NCBI GenBank assembly: GCA_002269645.1
Contig: NIVC01001961.1
Coordinates: 1 to 64,000, forward strand
Reading direction: 5' to 3'
DNA length: 64,000 nucleotides
Origin: Macrostomum lignano
Lineage: Eukaryota
Shown here: one piece after another, positions 31,907 to 46,100 of the stretch
How positions within the stretch are numbered: the stretch's first letter is position 1
Layout: each line of letters starts with the position of its first letter
Notes under the pieces: generated by a model
Told to the model about the DNA's origin: nothing
Databases searched by the model: none
Seen by the model: only the letters and a program-made list of their open reading frames with translations
Program-made: the position numbers and the translations under genes

Positions 31907-34900
31907 AAAAAATCTTGCTTGTTTGCTTGCTGCCTTGCTTGCTTGTACGCAGGTCTAAACCATTTTTGTTGAAATAGTTCTGATATACAGAAGGCCATTG
32001 GCCATGACTATCCAACATGAAAAAGTGACTTTTTTTACATTTCTACTTTTAAGCCATAATAGCCATCTCTATAGTCAATCTATTAAATCAATATAAGAAT
32101 AAAAGTAAACAATTTTAATTTTTTATACAAAAGCATTTGAACAATGTCAATATGCCACTTTTAGTTTTTAGATTGACTAAAGCAAAATAATAGTCTTATT
32201 GAGCTTTTTAAAATTGATTTAACCATTCTAATTGTAAGTAGACCTGGCATTCTACACTTATTGCACAAAAAAGTTCAAAGCCCCAAGGCCTAGCTTTATT
32301 TTTTTTACCTATCTAGATATTATATAAAGTGCAAGTCACCTTAAGGTGTTTTAATATTGACTAAGCCTATTTTTGTTAGGCTATAAATTTTAGTTCTTTT
32401 CACATTTTCCTTATTTTTTATCCCTTGTCTATAGGCCTATAATGCTTTCATATATTATTTCCTATTTATTTGATAGGTTTTATCCTAGACTAGGCCCTAT
32501 TTGGCCTAAGCCTAGTAATTTATAATATATAGAGTTTTCATAGGCCTATTTTATCAATCAAATATACAGATAATAGACCTTATAGGTTGAAATGTGTTGG
32601 TTTTTTGTAATCAACATTGATTTTAATTCGAATTCATTGGGATATGGATAGGTGTCTATCTGGTGTAGAAAAGGGGATATCTATTATCTATTATAACTAG
32701 GCCTAATATTCTGCCATAGGGGGGTCCATATACTGTAGCCATAAGCACAACTATGGCTTCTTTCAATTCTCCATATTTCATAGCCATTGGGACCCCAATA
32801 TTACCATTTTCCCATAGTTATAGTTTTAACAAAAAGTCTAAGAAAAAAAATAGTTTGAATCAAGAGGATAACTTAGAACTTAAACTATTACAAATAAAGA
32901 TAAACTCAAACTAACACTCAACTGCCTTTTGTACAATTACATTTTAATCTAGCTACTAAAAAGTACCACTATTAAACTTTTTAACATTGATAAAAAATTT
33001 GCTAGTTTTATTGTACTATATTAGTTATAATTTTTAAGTTTTTGAATCTATGATATAATTTATACTAAGTATCTTAGTTTTATTTTACCTTTTAATATTT
33101 TTTTCAATTTATAATTACAACTACAAGAATCTATAAAATGTGACTGCAATTATTATATTTCCATAGCTATAGCTATAAGAACACCTATCTACCATAGGCT
33201 ATCCTTGGTATCTGTAGCTGCTAGAAGCACCTAGTTCTACTATATATGCCATAGGATCCCTTAGCCATGGATTATAGTCATTTTAGTGACAAGAAAAATA
33301 TTCTTTGGTAATAGCCATTTCATTTTTAAATAGTAAAATTACTTGCAAATCTTAAGGGAAATCAAACCTTAACTTTTTAATTATTTTCTGCAATGGTTGA
33401 ATATTGCTTTATTTAATTTTGTTTATTTACAATTCCAGAGTTATGATCTTTTTGAATTTATGTTTTCCAATCTAAATCCAATTATGTTTAATGAATAATG
33501 AAAATCTCTGCTTTTTTCATAGTCAGCATTTCATGAGGATTCTTTATAGTTTATGGATCAAGGCCTATGTGTTTGAATATGAATATTATGCCTACAAGAC
33601 AATTCAAAATGATTGACATAGAAAGAAAACCATTAGTTTGGTTTTTTTAATTATATATACTAGGCTTAATCTTTTGATTTGATGGAAATTTTCAAATATG
33701 AATAAAATATAAATCTTAAAAAAATAATTACTTGAATGTTAAAATTAAAAAATCCACACATTTCTTTTGTGAAAATTTAAATTTATGTTTTTTTCATAGA
33801 ACTCATTTTTAGTATTTGCAGTTTTTATTGCATTCTATTTGTTCTTTGGAAATTGGATTGGGGTTTTATATGCATTGTCAAATTGATTCAAATTGTTAGT
33901 TATTAAGATAATATTTGCACCTGTAAACTAAAAAAAATACAGTAAAAATTTGGCAGGAATTTGATTTTTTTTCAAAGAAAACCATCTGGACTATTATACT
34001 TGTAAGTTGATTTTAAAGAAAAAAACAGAACTGTTTCTCAAGAACAGGATTAAACAAATGTAACTTCACTACATTTATATTCAGTTGATAAAAAATATTA
34101 ATTATTTTCTAATTTGTAGTTTTTAATTTGTTAAGTTGAAAATCATAAGGTGCAACAAGTGAAGATTGTTTTGTGCATTATAAAAAATTGCATAGTTCTA
34201 TTGGACATGCCAAATACAATAATTTCATCCTGTCTTATGACTTTCTTTGCTGCCTCCCCAGTGGGAGATAATAAGATTGCTAGTGATCTCATAAAGGGCC
34301 AATGCAACCCCCAGGGCACAGAGAGTGTACAGTCTGACAATTAGGTCAGGACTGATGTACACCCTGTGTGAGCTTGTGTATGAGCGCATGCCTGCATACA
34401 GTATTGACATCTTGTATGTGTTCAGGAGTCAGTGGAATTTGCGTGCAAGCTACTTTCAGTTCAGTAGTGAGTTAAACAGAAGCATTTTAATGTTATTTTT
34501 TAAGCCATGGCTCATTTATGGCTCTTACCTCCCCTAACTTAAATGCACCTCCAACTGCCCCTTTTCACACTACCCCCATCGCACCCCAATTTTTATTGCC
34601 TTTCTGAGAGTTCCAGCCTAAAGCTGCCATGTACATTTTAGTGGATGGGCTAATGTACATTACTGCTGAACCAATTAGCAAGATGTTTACATCTGCAAAC
34701 TTATCAAAGTCATTTTAGCCACCTTTATTTTCATAAAATAGCTTATGTATTCTTCTTTGCTACTGAACTGTAAGTAGAAAGCTGTTTTACTAAGCATATA
34801 TGCCTGAGTAGCCCATCGAGTCCTTTTAGAATCTGTGGAGTGCTCACAGCTTTCATTTGTAATAATATTATATTTATTTAAACAGCATTTCCAAACGAAT

Positions 34901-34919
34901 TTGTTTCCAGCAGGGCAAC

Positions 34920-37900
34920 ATGAAGGCGCCTAAAAAGCAGTCAAAGCAGCAACAGAAGAAGAACAAGCAGTTGAAAACAAAGAAGCAGTCGGATGAAAGC
35001 CAGGAAAATGGGCACAGTGCAGAGGTAGCTGCCGAGGACACTGAGAAGCCTGAGGCTGAGCAGCAGCCTGGCGACCGCAGCCTGGAGCAGTTCGACCTTC
35101 CAGACTCTGTGCTGCATCAGTTGCGAGAGCGCGGCATTACCGGCCTGTTTCCAGTGCAGCAGCAGTCGTTTGATCACGTGATGTCCGGTCACGATCTCAT
35201 TGTGCAGTCGCGCACCGGCACAGGAAAGACGCTGGCCTTCGGGCTGCCCATTGTCCTTCAGCTGCTGAAGCAGCAGGACAAGCGGGCTGGCAAAGCCGGG
35301 GTGAGAAAATTTTTATTGAGCTCTCTGGCTTCTTTATCGACAGCAACGCTTGACAGCTCAAGAACTTCTTGTCAGCTCAATCTCACATCGTTAAGAATGT
35401 CTTGTCAGAACTTTCAATCTCACATCGTTGAGAACTTCTTGTCAGCTCAATCTCACATCGTTAAGAATGTCTTGTCAGAACTTTCAATCTCACATCGTTG
35501 AGAACTTCTTGTCAGCTCAATCTCACATCGTTGAGAATGTTTTGTCACCTCAATCTCACATTGTCAAGAACTTCTTGTCAGCACAATCTCACATCGTTGA
35601 GAACTTCTTGTCAGCTCAATCTCACATCGTTGAGAATGTTTTGTCAGTTCAATCTCACATTGTCAAGAACTTCTTGTCAGCACAATCTCACATCGTCAAG
35701 AACTTCTTGTCAGCTCAATCTCACATCGTCAAGAACTTCTTGTCAGCTCAATCTCACATCGTCAAGAACTTCTTGTCAGCTCAATCTCACATCGTTAAGA
35801 ACTTCTTGTCAGCTCAATCTCACATCGTTAAGAACTTCTTGTCAGCTCAATCTCACATCGTCAAGAACTTCTTGTCAGCACAATCTCACATCGTCAAGAA
35901 CTTCTTGTCAGCACAATCTCACATCGTCAAGAACTTCTTGTCAGCTCAATCTCACATCGTCAAGAACTTCTTGTCAGCTCAATCTCACATCGTTAAGAAC
36001 TTCTTGTCAGCTCAATCTCACATCGTTAAGAACTTCTTGTCAGCACAATCTCACATCGTCAAGAACTTCTTGTCAGCACAATCTCACATCGTCAAGAACT
36101 TCTTGTCAGCTCAATCTCACATTGTTAACCTCCTTACTTTGCCATTCAGACGCCAGCCAAGCGGCGGTCCCCGAATCGAGCCCCGCGCGTTCTCATCCTG
36201 GCGCCGACCCGCGAGCTGGCCAAGCAGATCTCTGACGATCTGACGGCCACCTGCCCGCCGGACAGCGGCCTGGTAGTGCTGCCGGTCTACGGTGGCGTGC
36301 CGTACGAGAAGCACCGCTCGGCCCTGGCCGCCGGGTCGGACATTGTGGTTGGCACGCCCGGCCGCGTACAGGACCTGGTCGAGCAGGGCTGCCTGCGGAT
36401 GGACAGAATCCGCCGGGTGGTGCTGGATGAAGTCGATAGGATGCTGGATATGGGATTCCGCGACTCGGTTGATCAGCTGATCAAGCGGCTGTACAGCGGC
36501 GGCGAGGAAGATGCTGGCCAAGAGGAGAAGAAGAGGCCGCAGACTCTGCTGTTCTCGGCTACGCTGCCCTCCTGGGTGAGTTAGTCCTGAGTTCGAATCT
36601 TTCTCTGATTCTTATTAGTACAATTTCGGATTCTCGATCTCAAATTCTTAAGATCCTAACCTTGGAGATCTCTAATCCAATATATATGATTCCTTAAATC
36701 CCAAGTATGATATCCCAGATCCCAATTCCACTATCCCAGATCTCGTTTGCCTAGATCCCAAATCTGGTACCCCAGATCCCAGTTCCTAGATCCCAAATCT
36801 GATATCCCAGATCCCAGATCTCATTTGCCTGGATCCCAAATCTGATATCCCAGATCCCAGATCTCATTTGCCTGGATCCCAAATCTGATATCCCAGATCC
36901 CAGATCTCATTTGCCTGGATCCCAAATCTGATATCCCATATCCCAGATCTCATTTGCCTAGTTCCCAAATCTGCGATCCGAGATCCCAGTTCCTAGATCC
37001 CAAATCTGATATCCCAGATCTCATTTGCCTGCATCCCAAAGCTGCGATCCGAGATCCCAGTTCCTAGATCCCAAATCTGATATCCCATATCCCAGATCTC
37101 ACTTGCCTAGTTCCCAAATCTGCGATCCGAGATCCCAGTTCCTAGATCCCAAATCTGATATCCCAGATCTCATTTGCCTGCATCCCAAAGCTGCGATCCG
37201 AGATCCCAGTTCCTAGATCCCAAATCTGATATCCCATATCCCAGATCTCACTTGCCTAGTTCCCAAATCTGCGATCCGAGATCCCAGTTCCTAGATCCCA
37301 AATCTGATATCCCATATCCCAGATCTCATTTGCCTAGTTCCCAAAGCTGCGATCCGAGATCCCAAGTGCATAAATCAAACTAGCAAATGCATAAATCCCC
37401 ATGCAGGTCGAAGAGACCTCTGCCAAGTACCTGGACCCGGACAACCTGGTCCGCCTGGACCTGGTCACCGGTGACGGCCAGGGCCGGGCCGCCCAGACCG
37501 TCGAGCACCTCGCCATCCTGTCGCCGTTCGCCTCGCGCAGCGCGGCCATCGCCGACGTGATCCGAGTGAGGTGCGGCGGCCCGCAGGCCCGCTGCATCGT
37601 GTTCTGCGAGCGCAAGCGCGACGCCGACGAGCTGGCCTCGCACGCGGCGATGTCCGGCGACTGTCACGTCCTGCACGGCGACATTCCGCAGGACAAGCGC
37701 GAATTGGTGCTGCAAAAATTTCGCGACGGCAAATACCGAGTGCTGGTGACCACCGATGTGGCCGCCCGCGGCCTGGACATCCCGCATGTTGACCTGGTGA
37801 TCCTGTGCCACCCGCCCAAGGACACCGAGTCCTACATCCACCGGGCTGGCAGGACCGGCCGAGCCGGCAGGTCCGGCGCCGCCGTCACCTTCTACACCGT

Positions 37901-38379
37901 CAAGGAGGAGACCGAACTGAAGAGGGTCGAACGGCAGGCTGGCATCAGGTGCGAATTCTGCAGATGGGGATTTCTGGGATTGGGATATAATTGAATCAGG
38001 AGCAGCTAATCACGCCTTCCCCTTTCCCCGACATCCCGCCCAGATTCAAGCGCATCGGCGCGCCCACAACCGCGGATTTGGTCAAAGCGGCCGGCCGGCA
38101 CTCGCTGGAGCAGCTGCAGGCGGTGCAGGATCCCACCATCCAGCTGCTGGCCGAGGAGGCCTCCGAGCTCATCGCCGCCATGGGCGCCGAGCGAGCCGTG
38201 GCTGCCGCACTGGCGCTGCTCAGCGGCAAAACTGAAATTGTTGGCCGCAGCCTCCTGTCTGCCAGGGAGGGCTTCACCGCCTTCGTGCTGCACACTGAGG
38301 CTGAGACTGTGAGTCTATCTGTCTGCCTGTCTGTCTGCCTGTCTGTCTGCCTGTCTGTCTGTCTGTCTGCCTGTCTGCC

Positions 38380-38432
<53 letters not shown>

Positions 38433-38719
38433 GCCTGTCTGTCTGTCATCCTGTCTGTCTGTCTGCCTGTCTGTCTGTCTGTCTGTCTGTCTGCCTGTCT
38501 GTCTGTCTGTCTGTCTGCCTGTCTGCCTGTCTGTCTGCCTGTCTGCCTGTCTGTCTGTCTGTCTGTCTGCCTGTCTGTCTGTCTGCCTGTCTGTCTGTCT
38601 GTCTGTCTGCCTGTCTGCCTGTCTGTCTGTCTGTCTGTCTGCCTGTCTGTCTGTCTGTCTGTCTGTCTGCCTGTCTGCCTGTCTGTCTGTCTGCCTGTCT
38701 GTCTGTCTGCCTGTCTGCC

Positions 38720-38759
<40 letters not shown>

Positions 38760-39270
38760 CCTCATCCCCTGCACAATCACACCTCACCGACCCGCCCAGG
38801 TTCGCGGCAAAGGCTATTTATTCGGCGCCCTTCGCCGCTGCCTGGACCCCGAGCAGGTGGAGAAGGTGCAGTACGTGACCTTCAGCAAGGATCGCAAATC
38901 GCTGCTATTCGACCTGCCATCGAACATGGAGGACATCGTCGAGAAGCGCTGGACTGACGGCCGCTACGACCGGCTTGAGAAGCTCACCGAGCTGCCCGAA
39001 CTCGAAGAAGTGGAGCGGCCGCCCCATTCTGGATTTGACAACTCGCGCAACGGCTACCGAAATGGCAGCGGCGGCGGCAACTTCAGAGGCGGTGGCGGCA
39101 ACTTCAGAGGAGGCGGCAACTTCAGAGGAGGCGGCAACTTCAGAGGAGGCGGCGGCGGCAACTTCAGAGGCGGCGGCGGCGGTTTCAGAAACAGTTTCGG
39201 CGGCAACAACAAGCGCCAATGGGGCGGCGGTGGAGGCGGAGGGCCTGATGCCAAGCGGGCCAGGACTTGA
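34920..39270 (+). CDS. DDX21: Nucleolar DEAD-box RNA helicase DDX21/DDX50-like with GUCT domain and (GGNFRG)n tail
   Basis: Exons: 34920-35300, 36150-36575, 37407-37948, 38044-38308, 38800-39270. Motifs LFPVQ, SRTGTGKT, LAPTRELAKQI, GTPGR, DEVD, SAT, HGDIPQ, TDVAARGLDIP, HRAGRTGRAG. GUCT-like RSLLS..GF..LFDLPS; C-terminal FRGGG repeats. Confidence 0.93.
35360..36122. repeat. 33-bp minisatellite (GAACTTCTTGTCAGCTCAATCTCACATCGTCAA) in DDX21 intron 1
   Basis: Tandem unit read directly. Confidence 0.95.
36700..37362. repeat. Complex GATCCC-based array in DDX21 intron 2
   Basis: Modules GATCCCAAATCTGATATCCCA / GATCTCATTTGCCT. Confidence 0.9.
38312..38758. repeat. (TCTG/CCTG)n microsatellite in DDX21 intron 4
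   Basis: Tetranucleotide tract. Confidence 0.97.
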
Positions 39271-39544
39271 GTAGCGGCTCGAGTAGAAAAGTTTTATCGA
39301 TGCATTTTTTAAAAAATGAATATCTAAGTGTGCCCTCAGTTTTAAATAATTGTTGAGCTGCATCGCGTTTTTTTCTGTTGCACTTTGCTGCAATCCAGGG
39401 TTGCTCTGAATGAGAACATAGGCTGCTAATGATGACTGAGAAATCTGCTTTGCGTCTTCGCAGTAACAAGCCGACCAGTTTTTCTTTTGTGAAACATTTT
39501 TTCTGCTTGAGACTTTCTTCTTTTTCTTTGAGGCCTTTCTCTTT

Positions 39545-40030
39545 CACTGGAAATCGCCCTCTCCCTCACTGGAAATCGCCCCGCCCCCTAATTGGGAATC
39601 GCCCCCCCCTGACTGGAAATCGCCCTCTCCCTCACTGGAAATCGCCCCGCCCCCACAAGCTGGGAATCGCCCCCCTAACTGGGAATCGCCCTCTCCCTAA
39701 CTGGGAATCGCCTTCTCCGTAACTGGGAATCGCCCTCTCCCTAACTGGGAATCGCCCTCTCCCTCACTGGAAATTGCCCTCTCCCTCACTGGGAATCGCC
39801 CTCTCCCTCGCTGGAAATCGCCCTCTCCCTCACTGGGAATCGCCCTCTCCCTCGCTGGAAATCGCCCTCTCCCTCGCTGGAAATCGCCCTCTCCCTCACT
39901 GGGAATCGCCCTCTCCCTCGCTGGAAATCGCCCTCTCCCTCACTGGAAATCGCCCTCTCCCTCACTGGAAATCGCCCTCTCCCTAACTACGAATCGCCCC
40001 CCCCCTACTGGAAAGCGCCCTCTCCCTCTA
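39545..40030. repeat. ~21-bp minisatellite (GGAATCGCCCTCTCCCTCACT) between DDX21 and NEMF
   Basis: Tandem unit read directly. Confidence 0.93.
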
Positions 40031-40177
40031 ACTGGGAGTTGAGAATCACCCTCAACCTAATCGAGAGTCGCCCTCAACAATTTCAGCCATGGACTGAGTT
40101 GGGTATTCAACCCCACATCGCACTGCCAACAGTTTCAAACCCGCCTGTTTCTACTCACTTCGTAGTAAGCAACTGAA

Positions 40178-43100
40178 ATGAAGGCTCGCTTCACCACTCT
40201 GGACATTGTGGCCGTCGTGGCCGAGATCTCACAGAGCTGCATTGGTCTGCGAGTGTCCAACGTCTACGACATCAATAATAAGACCTACTTGATTCGGCTG
40301 AGCAAGCCCGATCACAAGGTGAGAGCGATGGTCGTGATTTTGGTTTTCGAGCATGTTTAATTTAAATTTGGAATTATTTTCTCTTTTAGAAATTACCCCT
40401 ATGTATAAAGAACATTGTTGCTTTCAGGAATGTCGCCTTATAACCTTACAGAAGTCGCCTTCGAATGTTTAGGAATCGCGATCTTCAGAAATCGCCCTCT
40501 AATCTTTAAGGATCGCCTTCTTATCTTTAGGAATCGCCCTTTGATATTTAGGAATCGCCCTTTGATCTTTAGGAATCGCCCTTTGATCTTTAGGAATCGC
40601 CCTCTAATCTTTAGGAGTCGCCCTCTTAATATTTAGGAACCGCCCTTTAATCTTTGGGAATCGCCTTTAATCTTTAGGAATCGCCTCGGAATCTTTATTA
40701 ATCGCCCTCTAATCTTTAAGAATCGCCCTGTGATCTTTAGAAATCGCCCACTTATCTTTAGAAATCGCCCTCTTATCTTTAGGAATCGTCCTCTAATCTT
40801 TAGGAATCGCCTTCGACTCTTTGGAATCGCCCTCTTATCTTTTGGAATCGCCCTATTATCTTTTGGAATCGCCCTCTTATCTTTAGGAGCCGCCCTCTAA
40901 TCTTTAGGAATCGCCTTTTTATCTTTAGGAATCGCCCTCTAATCTTTATAAATCGCCTTCCCTCACGCATGCCAACCGTGACTCGCCTGTCCCCAGGTGA
41001 CCCTGCTATTCGAGTCGGGCATCCGGCTGCACATCACGGACTTTGACTGGCCGAAGAACATCACGCCCAGCGGTTTCTCAATGAAGCTGCGCAAGCACAT
41101 CAAGAACAAGCGGCTGGAGCAGATCCAGCTGGTTGGCATCGATCGCATTGTTCGGCTGCAGTTCGGCACGGGCGAATGGACTTTCCACCTCATTGTGGAG
41201 CTGTACGATAAGGGCAACGCCCTGCTCACTGATCACCAGTTCACCATCGTGCACCTGCTCAGGCCGAGGACAGACGCGGCAGACCAGACCAAGATCGTCA
41301 CCAGCGAGACCTACCAGCTGGACAAGGCCAGGCAGGCCTGCGACTGGAGCCTGGCCGCAATCGCCCCGGTTTGCTATGCAGCCGCCACTCAGAAAGGCCA
41401 GCTGGCCAGGTCCCTCACCGGCCTGTTCCCCTACGGAGGTCCCCTGCTCGATCACTGCCTCCGCGTCGCGTCCGGCCAGTCGCTGAAGTCGCTGGAGTCG
41501 CAGCTGACGCCCGACTCAGTGGAAGCCGCGGCCGCTGCCGCCTTGGCCGCCTTCGAGCTGGGCGAGACGATTGTGGCCAGCCTGCGCGACCGGCCTGACG
41601 ACTCTGTGCGAGCCTGCGTCACCACCAAGCCGCGCGAGGTCTCCTCCGTAGCGACGGGTTCCGCTGCGTCTGGCACAGCGCCTGCGGCGGCCTCGGTAGA
41701 TCCGTACAGCGGACTGGACTTTCTGGAGTTTCACCCTATGGAGCTGGTGCAGACTGAGGGCAAGGACAAGATCCGCTTTCACAGCTTCAATAAGGTGGGC
41801 TGGAGCGCGCCTTGCTCAGATTCATATGCTATGCCCCATACCCCAATACCATCCTAAAGTCCCATAACCCAATACCATCCTAAAGTCCCATACCCCAATA
41901 CCATCCCCGAACCCCATACCCCAGTACCATCCTAAAGTCCCATAACCCAATACCATCCTAAAGTCCCATACCCCAATACCATCCCCGAATCCCATACCCC
42001 AATACCATCCCCGAGCCCCATACCCCAATACCATCCCCGAACCCCATACCCCAATACCATCCCCGAACCCCATACCCCAATACCATCCCCGAATCCCATA
42101 CCCCAATACCATCCCCGAGCCCCATACCCCAATACCATCCCCGAACCCCATACCCCAATACCATCCCCGAACCCCATACCCCAATACCATCCCCGAATCC
42201 CATACCCCAATACCATCCTAAATTCCCATACCCCAATACCATCCACGAACCCCATACCCAATACCATCCCAAAGTCCCATACCCCAATACCATCCCCGAA
42301 TCCCATACCCCCAATACCATCCCCGAATCCCATACCCCAATACCATCCCCGAATCCCATACCCCCAATACCATCCCCGAACCCCATACCCCAATACCATC
42401 CTTGAATCCCATACCCCAATACCATCCCCGAATCCCATACCCCAATACCATCCCCGAATCCCATACCCCCAATACCATCCCCGAACCCCATACCCCAATA
42501 CCATCCCCGAACCCCATACCCCAATACCATCCCCGAATTCCATACCCCAATACCATCCCCGAATCCCATACCCCAATACCATTCCCGAATCCCATACCCC
42601 CAATACCATCCCCGAACCCCATACCCCAATACCATCCCGAACCCCATACCCCAGTACCATCCTAAAGTCCCATAACCCAATACCATCCTAAAGTCCCATA
42701 CCCCAATACCATCCCCGAATCCCATACCCCAATACCATCCCCGAGCCCCATACCCCAATACCATCCCCGAACCCCATACCCCAATACCATCCCGAACCCC
42801 ATACCCCAATACCATCCCGAATCCCATACCCCAATACCATCCCCGAGCCCCATACCCCAATACCATCCCCGAACCCCATACCCCAATACCATCCCCGAAC
42901 CCCATACCCCAATACCATCCCCGAATCCCATACCCCAATACCATCCTAAATTCCCATACCCCAATACCATCCACGAACCCCATACCCCAATACCATCCCA
43001 AAGTCCCATACCCCAATACCATCCCCGAATCCCATACCCCCAATACCATCCCCGAATCCCATACCCCAATACCATCCCCGAATCCCATACCCCCAATACC

Positions 43101-46100
43101 ATCCCCGAACCCCATACCCCAATACCATCCCCGAACCCCATACCCCAATACCATCCCCGAATTCCATACCCCAATACCATCCCCGAATCCCATACCCCAA
43201 TACCATTCCCGAATCCCATACCCCAATACCATCCCCGAACCCCATACCCCAATACCATCCCCGAATCCCATACCCCAATACCATCCCCGAATCCCATACC
43301 CCAATACCATCCCAGAACCCCATACCCCAATACCATCCCCGAATCCCATACCCCAATACCATCCCCGAATCCCATATCCTCACAGCCTACTTCATTCCGC
43401 AACCCGGATATATTCCCAGCGTGAGCTACAAAATATCATTACTGCGATCCCGAACCCAGGCTGTAGACGAATTTTTCCTCAAAATGGAGAGCCAACGCCT
43501 GGACCAGAAGGCCCTGCAGCAGGAGAAGGCGGCCCTGAAGAAGCTGGACAACATCAAGCAGGACCACGAGAAGCGGCTCGCCGAGCTGGCCGAAGCGCAG
43601 ATCACCGACAGGGAGAAGGGCGAGCTGCTGCAGCTGAACCTGGCCGCGGTGGAGAAGGCCCTGCTGGTCATTAACAGCGCCCTGGCCAACCAGCTGGACT
43701 GGGAGGCCGTGGCTGAACTCGTGTCCACTGCCCGCGCCCAGGGCGACCCCGTGGCGGCCTTGATCCAGGTGATACTGGGCACTCTGGATTTTTAGTTGCT
43801 GGGCCAGCCTCCCAGATCCTCAGTTTCTGGGCCAGCCTCCCAGATCCTCAGTTGCTGGGCCAGCCTCCCAGATCCTCAGTTGCTGGGCCAGCCTCCCAGA
43901 TCCTCAGTTGCTGTGCCAGCCTCCCAGATTCTCATTTGCTGGGCCAGCCTCCCAGATCCTTAGTTGCTAGGCCAGCCTCCCAGATTCTCAGTTGCTGGGC
44001 CCACCAGGCTCCCAGATCCTTAGTTGCTAGGCCAGCCTCCCAGATCCTCAGTTGCTAGGCCAGCCTCCCAGATTCTCATTTGCTGGGCCAGCCTTCCAGA
44101 TCCTCAGTTGCTAGGCCAGCCTCCCAGATTCTCAGTTGCTGGGCCCACCAGCCTCCCAGATCCTCAGTTGCTGTGCCAGCCTCCCAGATTCTCATTTGCT
44201 GGGCCAGCCTCCCAGATCCTTAGCTGCTAGGCCAGCCTCCCAGATTCTCAGTTGCTGGGCCCTACCAGCCTCCCTCAGTTGCTGGGTCGCTGCCAGCCTC
44301 CCAGATCCCCATTTACTCAGCCGGTACGTTCCTGTCCATTTAAAGTAGACCTTGCTCTAAATAAAGCCGCGAATTTATGCAGGAGCTCCGCCTTGACCGC
44401 AACGCAATTGTGTTGCGCCTATCGAATCCGTTCGACCCGAGCACCGGAGTCACAACATTGAGATCGACCTGGCCACTAGCGCCTTCGGCAACGTCAAGCG
44501 GCTGTTCGACCAGAAGAAGCAGTTCGCAGCCAAAGAGGAGAAGACTAAGCTGGCGTCGGAGAAGGCGCTCAAAGCTGCCGATAAGAAGACGCATGAGATG
44601 CTTAAGGAGGCGCAGAAGGTGGGATTTTGTGGGTTTTCTGTGGGATTTGTAAGGGTTAAGTGTGGGATTCTGTTGGAATCTGTGAAATTTGTAAGGGCTT
44701 AGTGTGGGATTGTTTGGTTTTCTGTGGGATTCTGTGGGATTTGTGAGAATTTAGTCTGGGATTCTGTGGGATTTGTAAGGGTTTAGTGTGGGTTTGTGTG
44801 GGTTTTCTGTGGGATTCTGTGGGATTTGTGAGGATTTAGTCTGGGATTCTGTGGGATTTGTAAGGGTTTAGTGTGGGATTGTGTGGGTTTTCGATGGGAT
44901 TCTGTGGGATTTGTGAGGATTTAGTCTGGGATTCTGTGGGATTTGTGATGATTTAGTCTGGGATTCTGTGGGATTTGTGTTGGATTTGTGAGGATTTAGT
45001 GTGGGATTCTGTTGGATTTGTGTTGGTTTAGTGTGGGATTTGTGAGGGTATAGTGTGGGATTCTGTGGGATTTGTAAGGGTTTAGTGTGGGATTGTGTGG
45101 TGTGGGACTCCACACGCCATTCCGCAACCCCACAAACATGGCAGGTGAGCAGCATCGCCAAAGTCCGCAAGCCGCTCTGGTTTGAGAAATTCTACTGGTT
45201 CGTCAGCAGCGAGAACTACGTTGTGATTGGCGGCCGCGACCAGCAGCAGAACGAGTTGATCGTGAAGCGGCACCTCAAGGCCGGGGACCTGTACGTGCAC
45301 GCGGACCTGCACGGAGCCAGCAGCGTGGTCATCAAGAACCCCACTGGAGAGCCGGTGCCGCCAAAGACTCTGAATGAGGCCGGCCAGATGGCTGTGGTGT
45401 ACTCCAGCGCCTGGGCCGCCAAGGTGGTCAGCAACGCCTGGTGGGTGCACCATCACCAGGTGTCGAAGGTGGCTCCCACAGGCGAGTACCTGACCAGCGG
45501 CAGCTTCATGATCCGCGGCAAGAAGAACTTCCTGCCCAGCGTGCAGCTCACCTTCGGCTTCGGCTTCCTGTTTCGCATCGACGAGGAGTCGGTGCCGAAT
45601 CACCGGGGCGAGCGCGCCGCGGCGCCCTACTCGGCCGCTGACCTTGTCGGCGACGAGTCTGACGGAGCGGCCGCGGAGGCCAGCCTGCCGACTCTGCCGG
45701 AGGTGCTGGAGTTCGGCGAGGATGACGAGCAGCCGGCAGACGGCACCAACGACGTGGAGATTCGCTACGAGTACGGCGCCGACGGTCGATTTGAGGTCGC
45801 CCGGCAGGCCTCGACGATGTCCGCCGCGGACAGCCACGCCGCCGAAGATGCCAGTGGGGCCGGCTCGCTTCGCCGCCGGGTTGACAGCGTGGCCTCCGTC
45901 ACGTCTTCAACCAGCGGCAGGCGCAAGATGGCCGCTCACGAGAGGCGGGCGGCGCGCAGGCAGCTGAAGGCCCAGCAGCAGGCCAAAGATGGCACTGACT
46001 CATCAGAGTCGGCCGCCGCCAAACTCGAAGCTGACGAAGACATGCAGAGCCTGCAGGTGGAGGATCTGGAGGCCGACGCCGGAGACACCGACAGCGACAG

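Noticed and set aside
34140-34540. Moderate-GC patch at the island edge; one frame reads ..FLCCLPSGR, reminiscent of LINE RT C-termini
   Set aside because: The match is too short and stop-ridden to call.
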